Origin: Candidatus Saccharimonadota bacterium
GTDB lineage: Bacteria > Bacteroidota > Bacteroidia > Flavobacteriales > Blattabacteriaceae
Length of the DNA stretch: 32,000 nucleotides
Direction: 5' to 3'
Assembly: GCF_024818015.1 (NCBI RefSeq)
Contig: NZ_CP093908.1
Coordinates: 120,001-152,000, forward strand
Shown: positions 28,257 through 32,000 of the stretch, one piece after another
Numbering within the stretch: the stretch's first letter is position 1
Layout: each line of letters begins with the position of its first letter
The notes under the pieces: generated by a model
What the model saw: the letters and a program-made list of their open reading frames with translations, nothing else
Told to the model about the DNA's origin: nothing
Databases searched by the model: none
Made by a program: the position numbers and the translations under genes

Positions 28257-29224
28257 TATATTAATTCATATAACCCCTCCTTAGAAAAAGAAGATATGAA
28301 TATATATTTTTCAAAGATTGGTAATTCTTTTATTATTTCATATTTTAATTCTTGATCTAAAAGATCAGATTTAGAAATTACTAATAAACGTTTTTTTTTA
28401 AAAAGATTTTTATCAAAAAAATTTAATTCATTTCTAATTAGATTATAAGATTTTTTATAATCAATAACTTCTGCAGAAAGAATTAAAAAAAGAATTTTAT
28501 TACGTTGAATGTGTTTAAGAAATTCAAATCCTAATCCTTTCCCTTTTGAAGCCCCTTTTATTATTCCAGGAATATCTGCTATTACAATTTTTTTTAAATT
28601 TTTATAATTAATAACCCCAATCTTAGGATTTAAGGTAGTAAATGGATAATTATCGATTTTTGGTTTAGATGATGTAATCATAGATATTAAAGTGGATTTT
28701 CCGGAATTTGGTAATCCAATTAAACCGACATCAGCTAAAAGTTTTAATTCTAAAACAAAAAGAAATTCTTTTCCAGATTCACCTTTTTCAGAATAAAAAG
28801 GAGTTTTACATAAAGAATTTTTAAAATGACAATTTCCCTTTCCTCCCTTTCCTCCAAATAATAAGATTTTTTCTTCATTATTATTTAGTATTTCAATAAT
28901 AATATTACTACATATATCTTTAACAATAGTACCTATTGGTACTTCTATTATAGAATCTTTTCCATTAGAACCAGTTATTCTATTTCTACCACCAGTTTTC
29001 CCATTTTCAGCTATAATATGTTTTTTAGATTTTAAATGAGAAATTGTAAATAATTTATTATTTCCTCTAATTATAAGATTTCCTCCTTTTCCTCCATCTC
29101 CTCCATCAGGACCCCCTCTATTAATAAATTTTTCTTTTCTAAAATGTATTATTCCAGACCCACCATTCCCACTTCTACAATAAATTTTTAGAAAATCTGT
29201 AAATTTATTTAAATATGAATACAT
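28232..29224 (-). CDS. obg: GTPase Obg/CgtA
   Basis: Obg fold (SGNGGSGIIHFRKEKF..RGGPDGGDGGKGGN) and G domain (GLPNSGKSTL, DIPG, SKSD). It overlaps the aroE 3' end convergently by 25 nt. Confidence 0.9.
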   Translation of the reverse strand: MYSYLNKFTDFLKIYCRSGNGGSGIIHFRKEKFINRGGPDGGDGGKGGNLIIRGNNKLFTISHLKSKKHIIAENGKTGGRNRITGSNGKDSIIEVPIGTIVKDICSNIIIEILNNNEEKILLFGGKGGKGNCHFKNSLCKTPFYSEKGESGKEFLFVLELKLLADVGLIGLPNSGKSTLISMITSSKPKIDNYPFTTLNPKIGVINYKNLKKIVIADIPGIIKGASKGKGLGFEFLKHIQRNKILFLILSAEVIDYKKSYNLIRNELNFFDKNLFKKKRLLVISKSDLLDQELKYEIIKELPIFEKYIFISSFSKEGLYELIYYICNILS

Positions 29225-30600
29225 TTATTATAAGCATTAGTTATTGCTTCAACAACAGATTCACTAATTGTAGGATGTGGATGAAGACATTTAAAAAATT
29301 CAAATGACGTTGTTTCTAATTTACGAGCTACTACAATTTCAGAAATTAGTTCTGTCACTCCAGAACCTATCATATGACATCCTAACAATTCTCCAGAATT
29401 ATCATCAATAATAACTTTAATAAATCCATCTGTACTATCATTTAGTTTTGCTTTTCCTAAAGCAGTAAATGGAAATTTACCTATTTTCAATTTATAGCCT
29501 TTATTGGTAGCTTCTTTTTCAGAAAAACCTACAGATGAAATTTCCGGATTAGAATAAATACACATAGGAACATTATTATAATCTAATGGGAGGGGGTTTA
29601 ATCCAGTAATTTTTTCTACACAAATTATTCCTTCATAAGATGCAACATGAGCTAAAGATATACTAGGTATTACATCTCCTATAGCATAATATCCTTTAAC
29701 ATTTGTTGAATAATATTTATCTACACAAATCTGTTTAGTACTATTTAAAGTAATTCCTATTTCTTCTAACCCTAAATTTTCAGTATTGGGACAAATACCA
29801 ATCGCAGAAATAATAATATCTACATATAGTATTTTATTAATGTTAGTTTTTAGAATCACTTTTGTGCATTGAATATAATCTAAATATTCAATACTTTGAA
29901 TTATTGAAGATTTTAATATTATTATTCCATATTTTTTATATGAATTTTCCAATTGGATAGAAATATCTATATCTGAAAATGGGAAAACATTAGGCATTTT
30001 TTCTATTATAAATATTTTAGATCCTATCTTATTATAAAAATAAGCAAATTCTAAACCAATAGCTCCAGATCCTATAATTAATATATTTTTAGGTATATAT
30101 TTTAATAACATTGCTTCACGATAACCAATGAGGGTTGATAATTTTTTTACTGTCTTCAAAATTTGATATTTAGCTCCCGTGGCAATAATTATATTTAAAG
30201 CATTATATGTTTTTTTCTTTCCATATTTATCTATAACAGAAACTATTTTGTTTTTACAAATTTTAGCTTCACCATATAAGATTTTTATCTTATTTTTTTT
30301 TATTAAATATAAAACTCCTTTATTAAGACTATCTGATATATAACGACTACGTAAAATAATTTTTTTAAAATCTAATTTTAGATTATTAGTAATAATTCCA
30401 TATTTTGAAGCTTTTTTAAAACTATTAAAAATATTTGCACTTTTTAATAATGATTTGGTAGGTATACATCCCCAATTAAGACATACACCTCCAAGATTTT
30501 CTTTTTCTACAATAGCAGTTTGTAATCCTAATTGTGCTGCACGTATTGCAGCTACATAACCTCCAGGACCACTTCCAATTATAATTAAGTCAAAATACAT
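29209..30600 (-). CDS. lpdA: dihydrolipoyl dehydrogenase (E3)
   Basis: FAD motif IIGSGPGGYVAAIRAAQLG, redox disulfide GGVCLNWGCIPTK, NAD motif IIGSGAIGLEFA, and C-terminal HPHPT.SE. Confidence 0.9.
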   Translation of the reverse strand: MYFDLIIIGSGPGGYVAAIRAAQLGLQTAIVEKENLGGVCLNWGCIPTKSLLKSANIFNSFKKASKYGIITNNLKLDFKKIILRSRYISDSLNKGVLYLIKKNKIKILYGEAKICKNKIVSVIDKYGKKKTYNALNIIIATGAKYQILKTVKKLSTLIGYREAMLLKYIPKNILIIGSGAIGLEFAYFYNKIGSKIFIIEKMPNVFPFSDIDISIQLENSYKKYGIIILKSSIIQSIEYLDYIQCTKVILKTNINKILYVDIIISAIGICPNTENLGLEEIGITLNSTKQICVDKYYSTNVKGYYAIGDVIPSISLAHVASYEGIICVEKITGLNPLPLDYNNVPMCIYSNPEISSVGFSEKEATNKGYKLKIGKFPFTALGKAKLNDSTDGFIKVIIDDNSGELLGCHMIGSGVTELISEIVVARKLETTSFEFFKCLHPHPTISESVVEAITNAYNKCIHI

Positions 30601-30621
30601 AAATAATTATTAATAACTTAG

Positions 30622-30708
30622 TACTCACGACTGGATTTGAACCAGCAAATCTTAATAAAAGATACTACCACCTCAAGGTAGCGTGTATACCAATTTCACC
30701 ACGTGAGT
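30622..30708 (-). tRNA. tRNA-Leu (anticodon GAG), class II
   Basis: Acceptor ACTCACG/CGTGAGT, anticodon arm CTACC-TTGAGGT-GGTAG, variable-arm stem ATCTT/AAGAT, T arm GCTGG-TTCAAAT-CCAGT. Confidence 0.85.
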
Positions 30709-30713
30709 TGAGT

Positions 30714-31091
30714 CTAAACTTTTGTTATATTTTTTAATTTTTTTATTCTATTTTTCCACCACATTTTAGATTTTTTTATTTCAGTTTTTATAGCAAAATC
30801 TGTTATTTTAAGATAAACATTTTTTGTTATATTATTTTTTTTAATAAAAAATTCAAAATAATATTTGTTATCAAAATCTTGTTTCCATTTATATCTTACT
30901 AATTTATAAGGTATTTTTTTTATTAAAAAACATGTTGCATCATAATTATACCAAGTAAAAATATATCTATTTCCAATAGAAATAACATTATCTGCCAACC
31001 ATTCAGACAATTTGACAGGGGCAGTTATATAATTATATAATAATTCAGTTGAAGAATTCATTAAAAATGAAATTTTTGTTTTTTTTCGCAT
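30714..31091 (-). CDS. small START/SRPBCC-like (AHSA1-type) domain protein, function unknown
   Basis: 125 aa. The pattern ELLYNYITAP.KLSEWLADNV......Y.F.W......C.L........V.YKW......YYFEF.I......V.L.ITDFA resembles the conserved flavobacterial START-like domain proteins. This is based on my recollection of the family, not a search. Confidence 0.45.
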   Translation of the reverse strand: MRKKTKISFLMNSSTELLYNYITAPVKLSEWLADNVISIGNRYIFTWYNYDATCFLIKKIPYKLVRYKWKQDFDNKYYFEFFIKKNNITKNVYLKITDFAIKTEIKKSKMWWKNRIKKLKNITKV

Positions 31092-31122
31092 GTTAAATTT
31101 AAATTTATTGATAATATACGTG

Positions 31123-31196
31123 GGCGTGATAGCTCATTCGGTTAGAGCGTCGGATTCATAACCCGGAGGGTGCCGGTTCAATTCCGGCTCACGCTA
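31123..31196 (+). tRNA. initiator tRNA-fMet (anticodon CAT)
   Basis: GTCGGATTCATAACCCGGAGGGTGCCGGTTCAATTCCGGC parallels E. coli tRNA-fMet GTCGGGCTCATAACCCGAAGGTCGTCGGTTCAAATCCGGC. Acceptor GGCGTGA/TCACGCT has a weak G1-U72 pair. Confidence 0.8.
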
Positions 31197-31219
31197 CAGT
31201 GGATTAAAATATATGATCT

Positions 31220-32000
31220 ATGGATAGATATTCTTTCCTAAACACAATCAATCACCAACAAATAGAAATTTTATATAAAAAATACCTAGAAGATCCAGAT
31301 TCAATAGAACATAGTTGGCGTGCTTTTTTTCAAGGATTTGATTTCTATAAAGAAAAATATGACTTTTGTAAGTTTAGAAAAAAATCTGTATCAATAGATA
31401 AAGAAATTAATGTTTTAAAATTAATTAATTTTTATAAAAAAGAAGGTCATTTATTTGCTAAAATAAATCCTATATCAGAAAAAATCTATTATCCTACACC
31501 GACATTAAAAAAATTTTGTCTTGAGAAAGAGGATCTTGATAAGATTTTTTTTTCTTCAAAAGAAATTGGATTGCCTCCATGTACTCTTAGAGAGATAATT
31601 GTTTTTTTAAAAAACAGATATTGTGAATCAATTGGATTAGAATATATGTATTTATATAACCCAGAACAAATAAATTGGATTAATAACTGGATTAATAATT
31701 CTAATAATAGATTATATAATAATGAGAAATTTCAAATATTAATAAATCTAAATAAAGCAACAAAGTTTGAAAAATTTATTCATACCAAATTTGTTGGACA
31801 AAAAAGATTTTCAATAGAAGGTAATGAATCTATTTTACCAGCGATAAATTATATAATAGAATATTCTTCGATTAATTATCCAATAAAAGATTTTGTTATA
31901 GGTATGTCACATAGAGGACGTTTAAATATATTATGTAATATACTAAAAAAAAATTGTAAAAAACTTTTTAGTGAATTTTTTGGAAAAGAATATATTGAAA
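31220..32000 (+). CDS. sucA: 2-oxoglutarate dehydrogenase E1 component, N-terminal part (runs off the window)
   Basis: ATG 31220 gives MDRYSFLNTINHQQIEILYKKYLEDPDSIEHSWRAFFQGFDF...GLEYMY...KF.GQKRFSIEGNES..P....II.......I.DFVIGMSHRGRLN.L. These are SucA N-terminal motifs. The frame is open to the window end, and it is absent from the ORF track because there is no stop. Confidence 0.85.
   Translation, partial: MDRYSFLNTINHQQIEILYKKYLEDPDSIEHSWRAFFQGFDFYKEKYDFCKFRKKSVSIDKEINVLKLINFYKKEGHLFAKINPISEKIYYPTPTLKKFCLEKEDLDKIFFSSKEIGLPPCTLREIIVFLKNRYCESIGLEYMYLYNPEQINWINNWINNSNNRLYNNEKFQILINLNKATKFEKFIHTKFVGQKRFSIEGNESILPAINYIIEYSSINYPIKDFVIGMSHRGRLNILCNILKKNCKKLFSEFFGKEYIE

Noticed and set aside
1-32000. 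A search for CRISPR arrays, IS elements, transposases, integrases, phage genes, toxin-antitoxin pairs, or other defence or accessory islands.
   Set aside because: No spaced direct repeats are present. The only repeats are short in-frame microsatellites and one 14-bp hairpin. Every ORF above the track cutoff is a housekeeping or biosynthetic gene or a shadow ORF, and the intergenic space is essentially filled by tRNAs, the tmRNA and one pseudogene.

Overview
This window is very AT-rich and almost gap-free, typical of a reduced genome. The gene content and several lineage markers point to an obligate insect endosymbiont of the Flavobacteriales (Bacteroidota), Blattabacterium- or Sulcia-like. 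The markers are a tmRNA tag GKKNYALAA, bamD-rpoZ synteny, a LepB with an N-terminal DUF5684-like membrane domain, and a tiny bS22-like basic peptide. I cannot name the species from sequence alone.

Content is housekeeping plus amino-acid provisioning:
- Protein handling and GTPases: htpG, secA, lepB, der, obg.
- Translation: rplS, rplU, rpmA, rpmH, rpsF-rpsR-rplI, rpsU, prfB, trpS, asnS, ten tRNAs and a tmRNA.
- Amino-acid biosynthesis: aroC and aroE; thrA-thrB-thrC; dapA and dapB.
- Cofactor and energy metabolism: lipA, lpdA, sucA, a korA-like gene and a YfhL-type ferredoxin.

I found no mobile elements, CRISPR arrays, phage genes, or any recognisable defence or secondary-metabolite system, and I see no convincing novel multi-gene system. 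The features worth a second look are erosion and recoding features:
1. The only long non-coding stretch (about 17.3-18.1 kb) is a decayed gene. Its reading frames carry TGA exactly where Trp would be expected, plus two tandem repeats.
2. aroE is split by one extra T in a T10 tract, a candidate for rescue by transcriptional slippage.
3. The der stop codon lies inside tRNA-Ser.
4. In-frame microsatellites occur in lepB (NP x7) and bamD.
5. rpoZ and rpsR carry lineage-specific extensions.
6. Two small ribosomal-protein genes fall below the ORF-track cutoff (rpmH and a bS22-like peptide).
7. prfB lacks the programmed frameshift.
8. korA has no adjacent korB.
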